Assembly: GCA_951406725.2 (NCBI GenBank)
Contig: OX597832.1
Span: 63,178,001-63,242,000, forward strand
Length of the DNA stretch: 64,000 nt
Source of the DNA: Octopus vulgaris
Taxonomy: Eukaryota
Direction of reading: 5' to 3'
Under the pieces are notes generated by a model, which saw nothing but the letters and a program-made list of their open reading frames with translations, did no database searches and was not told the DNA's origin. How positions within the stretch are numbered: position 1 is the first letter of the stretch; each line of letters starts with the position of its first letter. A program made the position numbers and the translations under genes. Below, one piece after another: positions 27,801 through 40,760 of the stretch.

Positions 27801-28101
27801 CCCTTGTAAGCTTTAAGCATGTGAAATATTATTGTTGTTGTTGTTGCTGCATGATTATGATTATTATTATTATTATTATTATTATTATAGGAGCGAGATG
27901 GAAGAAGCGTTAGCACGCCGGGCGAAATGCTTTGTGGTATTTCGTCCGTCGATCCGTTCTGAGTTCAAATTCCGCCGAGGTCGACTTTGCTTTTCATCCT
28001 GTCGGGGTCGATAAATAAAGTACCAGTTGCATACTAGGGCCAATGTGACCGACTGTCCCCCTTCCCAACAAATTCCAGGCCTTGTGCCTATAGTAGATAG
28101 G

Positions 28102-28155
<54 letters not shown>

Positions 28156-28158
28156 CAT

Positions 28159-28308
28159 ACGATAAGAAAATAGAGGAAAAATAACAATAAGTGTGTCTTT
28201 AGTGCTAAAAAGCCATTATTTAACTATTTAGTTATGCAAGGTGAGAATTAGGGCTATTTAGCACCAAAGACACTTCTCATTGTTGTTTTTTCTCCATTTT
28301 CTTATCGT
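28159..28308. repeat. Hairpin element with ~55 bp arms in a TA/TACA tract
   Basis: ACGATAAGAAAAT...GTGCTAAAAGCC versus GGCTATTTAGCAC...TTTTCTTATCGT. Confidence 0.72.
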
Positions 28309-28469
28309 CTACATATACATTAAACTATGGTTTACCTTTTTAAATTACCTGCTGCTGTATACCTTATACTAAGGACCATACATACTCAGGTAATTACCAG
28401 GAGTGCCTTTGGATACATCTATCCCTTAGGGAGTTTAAACACCTCTAGCTTATACTTTACACTATATAC

Positions 28470-28556
<87 letters not shown>

Positions 28557-29779
28557 AGGGAGGGAGAGAGATAAATATTTGAGCTGTGAGCGATGAAGTT
28601 AAATTTTGCCAAGTTTCGGACAGTATCGGCCTTGGCCATGTCTAATTTAACAGCGCCACCTGGTTACATAATATTTTCTCCATTTAGTAACTTTTGATTA
28701 ATTTGTTTTTTGTTTTTTTTTTAAGCTTATGCAAACATATATATCTTCCCCCCTCTTCTCTCATTTTGTCATCGACAGAAAATCTAAATCCAAACTTGGA
28801 ATGGAGTGGGGGTGGCTCTTTGGCTTTCTTTTTTTCTACTTTGTCTTTTGTTGTTATTGTTGTTGTTGTTTTTTGTTTTGTTTTGTTTTGTTTTTGCTTT
28901 TTGCTGTTTTCAAATATTAGAGTTTGTTTGAAGGGTTTGTGTTTATTTGGCTTCAATGGAAGAAGAAAATTTTAAAGATTATAAAAAAAAACTCCAAAGG
29001 AAATTAACAAATTTTGAGGGAAGAGAGAGGGGAAGGAAGGAAGGAAGGAAGAACAATTGTCAGCAAAAATGAAAGAAAATACTAGAGAAGGGGAAATACA
29101 AGATAAAGAAATGTTGTGAGGGAGTAAAGAAAAGACAAGGAGAATAAGAACTGTGGAGAGGGAGAGGGTTAGCTGAAGAAGAGTGATGTTCTATAGTACC
29201 ATTGACCTTATTTCATAAGAACGTTGTTCAATCTCCAAGCTCAACATATATTATGTTAATTATTTAAATATTTAATTAGCCAGGTGAAGTGTATTAAATG
29301 GCAGAATCAGTCTGTGTTGTACTAGGACCCAATACGTTGTACTTTACGTTCTGAGTTCAAATCGGACCTGCGGATGACTTCGCTTCCATTAATCCCTTTA
29401 GAAGGGTAAGGTCGAATAAAATAGGTGCCACCAGTGAAGAATAAGAGTGGAAAAAGGATTTAATCGAACATACCACCAATCATCCACCCTACACACCCCC
29501 ATAGTGGCTTTTCCGTCATAAACCTTTTTATTTATTATCACCCGACAATGGAGCTTGACATGGTCGCTCGACTTCTTAAAGTTAACCAAATTCCTCTCAG
29601 TCCCACCATAATGTCTTACAAAGTTGAAGAATACATTTAACTGTGGTTTTTTGGTCGTAACTGACCTATGGCTAAATAACACCACCCGTCATTTGATTGA
29701 TTTTGGTGATAAAACCCACTAAATTCCAATCTAAATTCTCTTCGAACAATTCTCAAGTTTCATCCATTGAGCTTCGACG

Positions 29780-30055
29780 CGATTGGTATTTCCATGTTGT
29801 TTTTTATCTACCATGCTTCTGTTTTGGGATGTTTACCAAAGAGCTTGCCTTATAATACTGGAAACAGGCTTCCGTAGGGTGTGTCGCAGCCAACTACATT
29901 CCATTTACTCCTTTTAATCTGGGTTTCGACAGGTTGCTGGTTCGTCTGTTCCCACAAGGCTTTGTTTGTGAGTTTGTCCTTCGCCATTTCTCTCGAAGCA
30001 TGGCCCGGGACATCTATTCAGAAACGTTTGGAGCTTGTTGATGGAGAACTTTGAT
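29780..30055 (-). mobile_element. Decayed RTE-clade LINE ORF fragment
   Basis: Minus strand with frameshifts: INKLQTFLNRC / DKLTNKALWEQTNQQPVETQIKRSKW / HTLRKPVSSIIRQALW, matching the RTE C-terminal pattern WxWxGHxLR. Confidence 0.8.
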
Positions 30056-30309
30056 TCGCTTGGTTTTCGGGGTTTTATTTTTACCCAGAAGCAAAGGCAT
30101 TATCTATAACCTTTTACAGGGTTTCCAAAACTGTTGAGAAGGGAAGGGATTAAGATATTCTTAAACCAAAACCCCAGTTCATGCCTGAATGCTCGCAACA
30201 GGGAATTCCTCTAAAGGCACCCAAGTAGACAGTTGGAGTTAAGCTGGACATGTTACGTCAACCACCCACTTAATCCATAGCAGGATTTGAACGCAGAACG
30301 CAAAAAGCC

Positions 30310-30868
30310 AGTATTTCGTCTGCCGCTACGTTCTGAGTTCAAATTCCGCCGAGGTCGACTTTGCCTTTCATTCTTTCGATAAATTAAGGACCAGTTATGC
30401 ACTGGGGGCGATATAATCGACTTAATCCATTTGTCTGTCCTTGTTTGTCCTCTCTGTGCTTAGCCCCTTGTGGGTAATAAAGAAATAGATATTTCGTCTG
30501 CCGTTACGTTCTGAGTTCAAATTCCGCCAAGGTCGACTTTGCCTTTCAATCTTTCGGGGTCGATAAAATAAATACCAGTTGCGTACTGGGTCGATGTAAT
30601 CGACTTAATCTCTTAGTCCTTGTCTGTCCCCTCTATGTTTAGACCCCTGTGGGTAATAAAGAAATAAGAAACGTTAGTACGCCGAGCGAAATGCTCAGCG
30701 GTGTTTCGTCTGCCGTTACGTTCTAAGTTCAAATCCCGCCAAGGTCGATTTTGCCTTTCATCCTATCGGGATCGATAAAATTAAGTACCAGTTGCGTACT
30801 GGGTCGATCTAATCGACTGGCCCCCTCCCAAAAATTTTCGGGCCTTGTGCCTAGAGTAGAAAAGAATA
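30310..30868 (+). mobile_element. Three tandem or nested SINE family B units
   Basis: The TTTCGTCTGCCG...GAGTTCAAAT...AAGTACCAG block recurs at ~30313, ~30492 and ~30704. Confidence 0.85.
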
Positions 30869-32145
30869 TATTTTGTTTAATGCCATATATTATTATTATT
30901 CATTATTTTTTTTATTTTTACGGTTTGATTCAGCTTTATGTAACTTAGTTTCGTGGTCCTCTAACAGAAGCCGCCTGTTTGTTTCAGGCTTTGAAAGAGA
31001 CGGGCTTCTGTTAGAGGCCTGCGAAACTTCAGAACCGAATCAAACTATTTTAGATAATATAACTCCTAAATGTGTTGTGTTTGTCCATTCACTCGTGTGT
31101 GTGTCTGTGTGTGTGTGTGTGTATGTGTGTATGTGTGTATGTGTGTATGTGTGTGTGTGCGTGCGTGTGTGTGTGTGTGTGATATGTATAGTATGTCATG
31201 TCGTTTTATTACTGAGACAAATTCGTCATCATCCTGAGAAGGCTGCAAAACTCTACTCTGGCGTATCATGTTATTTCTATCATTTACAACCGATAAACCA
31301 CTCCATAGTAGCTAGCTATCAGTAGTCTTCTGTATTTCGGCATCATTAAAACGACAAGTCCCAAATAGCGATGTGAAACTTAATATTGCCTTTGTCGGGT
31401 CACCGATGGTTTCAAAGAAGAGGTTACTCTAAAAGTTGTGGTGTTGGAGTTGATGGTGGTGGGGGTGGTACGAACAATGATGTTGGCTGTTCAGCCCCAG
31501 GTCAACTCTAATCGAGTAAACTTATGGCCGAAAACAGTCCAATTGTGACCATCCCGTGTATTTAAGCCTACGTAATCCACTCTACCCTTCCGTCTTTCTT
31601 CTTTTAGGAGAGTAGAGTTGTGATTTGACGAAGATTTTCGTTACTGTTTCTAACAGGTCGAACTACTACATAAAGCTGCCATGGACAATCTGGCACACAC
31701 AACGTAAAATTACCTTGAATTTTTTTAGTAGTGCGGCCCGCCTGATGATGATCCATGCCTCATGTGGCCCGCTTCTTTAATAACGTTGCCCATACCTAAG
31801 ACGCTCATTGTATCGAATAAAAGTGAATATCTAGGGTAAGCTGCTGCTGCTGATGATGATTTTGTTTAGCCCTAGGTCAGTTATGATCCAATAAACCAAT
31901 GAACAAAGACGTTCTCACTGAGTAAATCTTGGCTTTTTTCTGATATGTGTTTAGGGAGGGACTATATTTTCTGATATAGTATGCCTAGGGACTATACTAA
32001 CAGAGATGCCTTTCCGTTTTACTTTTAAAACCCAAGACTATAAATTGCGGGAGATTATGTGGCTTTTTTCTTCTAATATCAATCATTGACCATTATAAGT
32101 TTCATCGTTGTCTCAAGCTACTTCAGCATCGCAGAGGCTGGCTCG

Positions 32146-32208
<63 letters not shown>

Positions 32209-32613
32209 CTAATAATCATATATAGTAATGTACACTAGTGGCTCTCACAGAGTACGACGGAAGGAATATCTGGGTACGCTGCGGAATTTTTAAGAAATGT
32301 AATTTAGCATTTTGGAAAATCCACAATAATTGGCTGAGCATCTTCTAAAAACAAGCCGTTTATGATTTTGTTAAATTCAAATATGATTACTAATACGAGA
32401 CAAGGCAATAGTTTTCTCCATTTTCTTACTGCTTTGTTTGTTTCTGTCATTGGAGTGCGGCCATGCTGTAACACCGCCTCGTAAGGTTTGGTCGAACAAA
32501 TCAACACTAATAGTTACTTTTTAAGTTTAGTTTATATGCTATTGGTCACTTCTAACAAACAACTATTACGTGAATGTAAACAAACAAACACACACACACA
32601 CATATATTGTATA

Positions 32614-32987
32614 TAGGCACAGATGTGGGTGTGTGGTAAGAAGCTTGCTTCCCAACCACATGGTTCTGGGTTCAGTTCCACTGCGTGGCACCTTGGGCAA
32701 GTGTCTTCTACTATAGCCTAGGGCCTACCAAAGCCTTGTGAGTGGATTTGGTAGACGGAAACTGAAAGAAGCCCATCGTCGTGACCGCGTGTGTATCGTT
32801 GGCGATTTTTTTCCTCCATCTTCCCTTCCTTGGATCTTTCCTTTTTCTATGTTTCTGACGAAGAGCTCCGCTCGAAATGTTAAATCCTCCTTCTTTCTCT
32901 CCTTTCCTGAGCGTCCAATAACACTATACTTGTTCCACGTCCTCGCGGTGTGTTTTCTCTTTGTGTTTTCATGTTTGGATTAACTTC

Positions 32988-33018
<31 letters not shown>

Positions 33019-33210
33019 GTGTCTGTGTTTGTCCTACCAACATCGCTTGACAACCGATGTTGGTATGTTGACGTCCCCGTAACTTAGCGGTTCGGCAAAA
33101 GAGACCGAAAGAATACTAGGCTTACAAAGAATAAGTCCTGGGGTCGATTCGTTCGACTAAAGGCGGTGCTCCAGCATGGTTGCAGTCAAATTACTGAAAC
33201 AAGTAAAAGA
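32614..33210 (+). mobile_element. SINE family A with a hammerhead-bearing insert at its internal microsatellite
   Basis: Head 32614-32780, foreign ~200 bp block 32788-32985, tail 33018-33210. Confidence 0.82.
32851..32884 (+). ncRNA. Hammerhead-like core, same family as 12177
   Basis: GTTT CTGACGA A GAGC-TCC-GCTC GAAA TGTT AAA. Stem II is conserved while its loop differs between copies. Confidence 0.5.
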
Positions 33211-34339
33211 AGAAAAAATATGCAGTATGTATGTACAAAGTAGTTCCTGTGTAATCTCTACGTTTTGTGCAGTTTTACGCTGGCTAAGTCCACCTTCAGG
33301 TTCACCCACAGACAACTCTTTGGCTTCTGGTGTTCGTGGCATGACAAGTTGCTATAAATACTTAACATTCGATAATCCGAAACGAAAATTAATACGTTAA
33401 CAAGGCTGAAGCAGCAGACAGGTAAAAAGAAGGGTGTCTATTTATTTTTAAGGTGTATGTTTGTGTATCTGTGAGAGAGAGAGAGAGAGAGTTTTTGAGT
33501 TGAACTGATGTAAGGGGTACAGAATTGACTCAGTACATTTTCTTTTCATGGAAATAGTTTTTGTTTTGTCTTGCTTTTCTAGTCTTTTTTGGTGGTGGTG
33601 GTTGTTTTCTGCCTTTTTTTTTTCACTTTGTGCATCCACCGGAAGCCATCATAAAACCCAACCAAGAATATATTTCATTCAAAGCCTGCCATATTTAATA
33701 TTCAAGTACATGACCCGTTTACAATGGAGAGCGTCTTTAGAAAAGAAACACAAGGAGAAGCGAACTCACGATCTGAAATTCCTATAAAATGGATTTTCTC
33801 ATGAACTAAAAGGGTTCTGTCATAAATGCCACAATAACCAATGATGAACCCTGTATCCAACAAACAATTAAGCCTCTTCGCGGTCACTCGATCTGCTAGA
33901 AACAGTGGCTAAAATATCCCTCAATTCACACGCACTCACTACCGTCCTTGATGAGGGACGGGCACACTGAATAATGTTGTCCAAGCTACGCTTTACCTGG
34001 GAAAACAAAGCAATGATGGGATGATCGCGGCTAGAAGATCTTTGGTCATATAAGTCTGTCTGTTCTATCAGGGTTGATCCAAGACTATATAGAAAATAAG
34101 GACGATGACAAATCTTAATCGTCCGAACAGCGTTGGAGCTGTGGTCATCCTGTCTTTGTTTTTCAGACATTATACCCAGGGCTAAGTTAGTCAGTATATT
34201 CAATCATTTTTAGGACCATAAAGTAATGTTCTTGGAAGGTTTAAGTATATAGACGTTAAACATATGAATATTGTTGTTTTATAGAGAGAGAGATAGACAG
34301 ACGGACAGATGTATACATGCATAGATATACGCTCAAACG

Positions 34340-34820
34340 CATATTTGCATACACACATATATGCCAACTAACACACACACACACACACACACACGTATAC
34401 ACCTACATACACACACATACATACGCACTTATGCATGCACACATGCATACACACATGCATATACACACATACGCATACACATACATATATATGCATATAC
34501 ACATACACACATATATGCATACACACATACACATATATGCATATACACAAACACACATATGCATACACACATACACACTATACACACATATATGCATACA
34601 CATATGTATATGCATGCATACACATATGTATATGCATGCATACACACACGTATAGATGCATACATACACATGCACACAGGTATATATGCATACATACACA
34701 CACATATATATATATATATGTATACATGCACATACTCAAGTATACATATATGCACACATAGACACGTGTGCATATATGTACTCACGTATATATGCACACA
34801 CACACACACTCACACATATA
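34340..34820. repeat. Degenerate (CA/TA/CATA) low-complexity array
   Basis: ~480 bp of alternating purine-pyrimidine sequence; a similar tract lies at ~55840-56210. Source of spurious ORFs. Confidence 0.9.
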
Positions 34821-34863
34821 AACTGTCCGACGAACGGGAACGTGAAACTCTGAGTAACAGTTT
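34820..34863 (+). ncRNA. Type I hammerhead ribozyme-like motif (U4C core variant)
   Basis: AAACTGT [stem I] CCGACGA ACG-GGAA-CGT [stem II with GNRA loop] GAAA CTCTGAG TA ACAGTTT [stem I']. All helices pair and the core differs from CUGANGA at one position. Confidence 0.75.
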
Positions 34864-36424
34864 TTGTGATATTTTTGCTGTTTTTTAATAAAGCATATTA
34901 CTCTACTTCTGGTATTCGAGCACTATTTTTTCCACCTTGTTTCGATATATATATATATATATATATAGGGAGAATTCACGAAAAAAAAACAAAAGACGAA
35001 GACAGGTGGTGTATAAAACAAACAGATGTATTAGTATAACGTTCGGGAATGGAAAAAGTCTTTAACGTTTCGAGCCTACGCTCTTACGCATATGCATATT
35101 GAGAGAAAGTGTGTGTGTGTGTGTTAACGTTTAAACATACTTTGTCTTGTTACTGCAATTAATACACCTTTCATTTTCTACACTTGCGTTAAGCAACAAA
35201 TGTTGCCCCACCCAAGACTTCCAGAAACCTAAAGAGAACTACTTATCAGTTTTCATTCAAATGGCAGACCGTGTCAGCTGGAAGATATTCTATTTCATGG
35301 AGGCATTCATGTTTACAGACGTGTGCATTCATGCTTATAAATATATGCGTTCATGTGTGCATACCTGTATGTATGTGTGCGCGAGAAAGAGTGAGAGAGA
35401 GAGAGAGAGAGACTTGCCGGAGCTAGATCTGCTAAAACTAAGATTTAAATGCTCGTTAAGTCATTCTCCTGTTAGAGTTGTCGATCGTTTTGTCATCGTG
35501 ACACCAGCAAATAAATTATTAGAGCAGTTCGTGTGGAAAATTAAAAAGAAAGAAAGCTGTTTCAAATCTAGAAATATAAGCAGGGAAAGTTACAAAGAAA
35601 ACTAGTTCTTGCCTTACTTTTATTACTTACAAAAACTGGTCTATAACAAGTTTTTCGAGACGCTCCCAACATTAGGGTGGTTTATCTAAATCTTTAGATT
35701 TTATTTTTAAAAAATTCTGTGACGTACGTAGAGACCCGTTGCGACGCATTGTTTCAAAGCCGCAGCCTTGGTATCTTTAAACTATGAATGGTATAATGGA
35801 AAATATAATCCTAATCTTAAATTATGCCTTCAGAAAGAAAAAAGAAACAGGATGGTCACGGTTGAACTATCTTTGATTATATGTCTAGGTCTACTGGGTC
35901 AGGGTTAAACGGCAACAACGACTGTGATGCGACAAACATCGCAGAGCAACGAAACATCAACAAGCTTTTTATCTCCCTCTGAGACCATTTCACCTCAGCC
36001 TACTCGTTTAAAGCCTTTTAGAAAAGGCATCAATGCTACATCTTCACATTTCTCACCCCCCACCCCCCAAATTCTGTTATTGTGTCAACTCGCAAAAAAA
36101 AAAAATAATAATGTGTTGTATTTTTGTTTGTTCCTTTGCTTCTGTGATGAATGCAATCGCAAAAATATTTGGTAGATCCAGTGATGGGAATGTTATCACT
36201 GGATGCAAACGAGAAAAAGTGCCAAAGAGAAATTATTGTGCGTAGAAGTGAGGTGGGGGGATAACAGGTAACCAGAGGAAGAAGTTAACTTCCAAAGAAA
36301 ACTACATTGTAATTTCGACTCCAAGTTGGAGATATTCGATTAGAATTAGCAATAATCTCTAGAAAATCATGAGCTATGTAATTCAGTAATTGCCTCTGTC
36401 CTCACACACACACTTTCTCTCTTC

Positions 36425-36458
<34 letters not shown>

Positions 36459-37894
36459 AAACATATCTTTTCTCTTGTTTCATTCATTGACCTGTCCCTA
36501 TGCTGGTGTTTAGTCAACCAAGTCAACTCCAGTACATATCATTTTTCTATTTATTCTATCGATTTCTTTACCGAATCACTAAGTTACGCGGACGTAAGCA
36601 AACCAACGCTGGTTCTCAAATGGCGGGAAGAACACAGGCACTCATGAATATGTACGACTGGCTTCCACACACCAAATTCCCTCACGAGACATAGGCCAAA
36701 GGTGCTGAACTCGTAACAACATGGCTGCAAAGAGTACTTCTTAACCACACGACCATGCACTCGGCAATTTCATTATAAAGAAACTATTTCTTTGTCTCTT
36801 TATCTATGAGAGTCGTTAGTGGGCCATATGGCTCTAATGGGTTGACATTTTACTTCAGTGACCTGCGATAAATGAAATAGCACTCATCTGTTTGTGCGTG
36901 TCTGTCGTGAGTCAATGTGAAAGCTTCTTTGTTGTCACTCAACCAGTCAAATCTCACTCAAATTACACTCGTCATCATCATCGTCGTCAACTTCTCGACG
37001 TTATTGTCTCGAGTCCCAGGGCAAATAGGTCTGGTTACCCGGCGTATAAGTGAACGAGATCGCAACATTCTACTATGAACGAGACGCCAGTCCGTCACAA
37101 AGTAACACGTTTGCGGCTGAATTAACTGGAGCAACGTCGAGTGAAGTGCTTTACTGAAGGACACAGCGCCTCACCCTGTCCTTGAATCGAAACCACAATC
37201 TTGTGATCGCGAGTAGCCCTTTGAAGTACAGGTACAACTCATTTTAGATAGGAGTAACACGAAATAAGACGAAAAAAGGCGGTAAGCTGGCAGAAACGTT
37301 AGCACGCCGGGCGAAATGTTTAGTGGTATTTCATCTGCCATTACGTTCTTGGTTCAAATTCCGCCGAGGTTGACTTTGCCTTTCATCCTTTCAGGGTCAG
37401 TTAAATAAGTACCAGTTACGCACTGGTGTCGATATAATCGACTTAATCCGTTTGTCTGTCCTTGTTTGTCCCCTCTATATTTAGCCCCTTGTGGGTAATA
37501 AAGAAATAAGTAACGCAAAATAAAGTATCTTGCTCTAGAACACAAGGCACTGCCAGGTATCGAACTCACGGCGTCACGATTGTAAACCGAATACCCAAAC
37601 CACTAAGACACATACATTCATATCCGGATCTTAAAGCTGTTCCTCCCTACAGTAACCAATAATCAATCTCAGTCGTCCTTATCACTGTTTTCCCTGAGAG
37701 ATAAGCTTTAAATCGATTCCACTTAATTTCTAATGTCTATCGATTTCAAACCGAGGCAAAAGACTTCAAATATCGGTCAAGGGACGGATAATTATTTTTC
37801 TTTTAGTTTACTTGTTTCTCTCATTTGATTGTGACCGTGCAGGGGCTCCAGCTTGAACGGTTTACTGAAATAAATCGATCCCAGCACTTATTCT

Positions 37895-38521
37895 GGATCT
37901 TTTCCTTTTGAACGGCAGACAATTTCTAGTTAACTAAACACTTTAAAACTTCGTATACTGGTACAATGTGTCAAAATAAATCATTTTTTTCTCTTGGCTT
38001 TCTTGATAAAATTGTAATTCGTTTGTTTAACGTAGTTTAATTTTTCGAATTTTAACCAATGAATCGCCTCTAATTGAGCTAAAATCATTTGCTGCGTCTA
38101 AAACTGAGACAACATCCTGTCACTAACCCTAAAACCTCACCCTAACCCTAAATTTTTTTTTTTCTTAATTGCTAAATTAATTTAATTGTAACACGTGTAA
38201 AAAAAACGAAAGCAATGGAAAATAATTTAAACAATTAACAAACAAAATAATTCTATAATTTTATACACACGCTTTTCATATGACACTGCCAGAAAATGTT
38301 ACGGCAGAAATTGTTTTCACCTCAATAGACGTCATTGATTGGTTGAAATTGCCGAAAAGCAAGAAATTAAACAACAAATATCTTACAAACTACAGAATTT
38401 TCTCAAGAAAGCTAAAAGAAAAAGATGTTTTATAAACACATTCTACCAGTATACGAAGTTTAAAATTTTTTAGTTACATAGAAATTATTTTTAAAATCTG
38501 CCGGTCAAAGTGAAAAGATCC
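37895..38521. mobile_element. Same fold-back family, inserted in a SINE tail
   Basis: Same termini, with a more diverged right arm and no clear TSD. Confidence 0.8.
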
Positions 38522-39334
38522 AAAAAAAGTTAGACAGAAACTGTACAGGATGGTGTCTGTAATTTAAAAGGTACTGCCTTGTCACACACACACACACACA
38601 TCCTCCAAACTTCACGAATTAATGTAAAAAGAGATTTGGATTACGTTTTCATTTAAGCAATTATTAAGAAAAATATGAATTTTGAATTTTGGCTCAAGGC
38701 AAGCAATTTCCAGACAGGAGGCAGTTAAGTTGATTACATCAGCACCAGTGTCCAAACAGGTACCTTTTTTTATCGACCCCGAAAGGATCAAAAGCAAAGT
38801 CAACCTCAGCGAAATTTGAACTCAGAACATAAGGATGGATGAAATGCTGCAAAGCATTTTGCCCTACGTGCTAACGATTCTGCCAGCTTGCCACCTTAAT
38901 TAAGAAAAAATATTTAAAATCTGAAACGTGTCGAACATCGCTATTTACACAATAGGCTTTGCACCAAGTATTCTTTTATCTTTTACTTGTTGCAGTCATT
39001 AGACTGCGACCATGCTGGAGCGCCGCCTTGAGAAATGTTAATCGAACTAGTGGACCCCAATACTGATTTCTTTTAAAACCTGGTACCTATTCTATCTCTC
39101 TCTTTTGCTGAACTGCTAAGTTACAGGGACATTAACACACCAATGCCGATGGGACGATATAATATGGGCTAAGTTATCATCGATAATAGGACAAAGTAGC
39201 CATGACTTGAATGAATACCTTCTGACCAAAGATTTACTTGAAACTGGTTTAACTGAAGCTAACCAATCACCACAGCAGTTAGATGTCTGTTCATGTTTAT
39301 TACCCATGAACGAGAGCTGGTATTTTCAACGTGA

Positions 39335-39514
39335 TAATGGTTCCCAACCTGGGGTCCATGGACGCCAGGTGGTCTGCAAAGGTAGTACTGGGGGTCCATG
39401 AACTAAATTCAAAATTTCATATATACATAAGGATAAGCATATTAAAAGGGGTCTGTGGGGAAAACTCATTTAAATAAAAGGAGTCCTTGTTAGTGAAAAG
39501 GTTGGGAACCACTG
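39335..39514. mobile_element. ~180 bp hAT/Charlie-like MITE
   Basis: TIRs TAATGGTTCCCAACCT / AGGTTGGGAACCACTG. No TSD is preserved. Confidence 0.65.
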
Positions 39515-39905
39515 CACTAGACACATGGTCCTGTGGTTTAGGTGTTGCACTCACAATCACTAGAGCGTGGTTTCAATTCCCAGGCAGGTTGTGCGTTGTA
39601 TACTTGAGCAAAACATTTCATTTCATTTCATTTCAGTCTGCTGAGATATAAATGGAAAAACCTGTGACAATTTGGCATCCAAGGGTGTGAGGGCGACTCG
39701 GGAAAACTACCCAAACAAAGATTTTACAAGCCACATTTTGTATTCAGCAATCCTCCCAATTGGTTGTTCAAAAACATCAGAGAACGAAGAAGCAACCATG
39801 GTGTTTTTTTGTTGTTTTTTTCATTTTCTTTTTGCACTGTTTTCTTTTAACCGTTCCCCATTCTTCCTCTGAGTTTAATGGCGTTTATCTTTGTTTCTTT
39901 ATCAG

Positions 39906-40095
39906 GAAGTGAAGACATAGTAGAAGGAAACCTCAAGTTGATCCTGGGTTTAATATGGCATTTAATTCTTCGTTACCAAATCGGAAAAACAAAATTCCCA
40001 CCGAAGAAAATGATGTTGATTTGGTTACAATATGCTCTTCCAAAATGTTCTATCAAGAATTTCAGCAGCAGCTGGAATGACGGAGTGGCTTTGCA
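39906..40095 (+). CDS. Filamin (3xCH, jitterbug/FLN-2-like), first visible exon: end of CH1 and start of CH2
   Basis: Acceptor ttatcag|, donor |gtaagt. Encodes (G)SEDIVEGNLKLILGLIWHLILRYQIG...KNFSSSWNDGVAL. DIVxGNLKLILGLIW is the CH1 motif of filamin/actinin actin-binding domains; NFxxxWNDG is the CH2 motif. Confidence 0.95.
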
Positions 40096-40347
40096 GTAAG
40101 TAAAATTCATTCTCTTTTCCATTAGATACAAAGGATTTACATTTTAAGGATCAAAGGGATCGAGAAGGTGTGGCATCCTACCTTTCCTTAAACCACATTT
40201 ATTAATGTGACATGGATTTCATTGATGATACAATCACTTCATAGTCTTGACCATATTATGAAAGTATTCGGAAAAATAAATGAATGCAGGTTTAGGCTTA
40301 CAGAAGAAAAATGTGAATGTTTGATGAAAAAAAATCCAATACAATAT

Positions 40348-40760
40348 AGGCGCAGGAGTGGCTGTGTGGTAAGTAGCTTGCTAACCAACCACATGGTTCT
40401 GGGTTCAGTCCCACTGCGTGGCATCTTGGGCAAGTGTCTTCTGCTATAGCCCCGGGCCGACCAATGCCTTGTGAGTGGATTTGGTAGACGGAAACTGAAA
40501 GAAGCCTGTCGTATATATGTATGTATATATATATATGTATGTGTGTGTACGTTTGTGTGTCTGTGTTTGTCCCCCTAGCATTGCTTGACAACAGATGCTG
40601 GTGTGTTTACGTCCCCATCACTTAGCGGTTCGGCAAAAGAGACCGATAGAATAAGTACTGGGCTTACAAAGAATAAGTCCCGGGGTCGATTTGCTCGACT
40701 AAAAAAAGGTGGTGCTCCAGCATGGCCACAGTCAAATGCCTGAAACAAGTAAAAGAGTAA
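40348..40760 (+). mobile_element. SINE family A, young subfamily
   Basis: Full-length and nearly identical to 51748-52160. Confidence 0.88.

Noticed and set aside
30310-30868. CRISPR-like repeat array
   Set aside because: The units are ~180-210 bp nested SINEs in eukaryotic DNA, with no short repeat-spacer periodicity and no cas genes.
34317-34888. Multiple overlapping His/Thr/Tyr/Ile-rich ORFs (also 747-1289 and 55778-56366)
   Set aside because: Translations of stop-poor dinucleotide repeats.
40348-40425. tRNA genes at SINE heads
   Set aside because: A/B boxes are present but there is no cloverleaf, and each continues into SINE body sequence.
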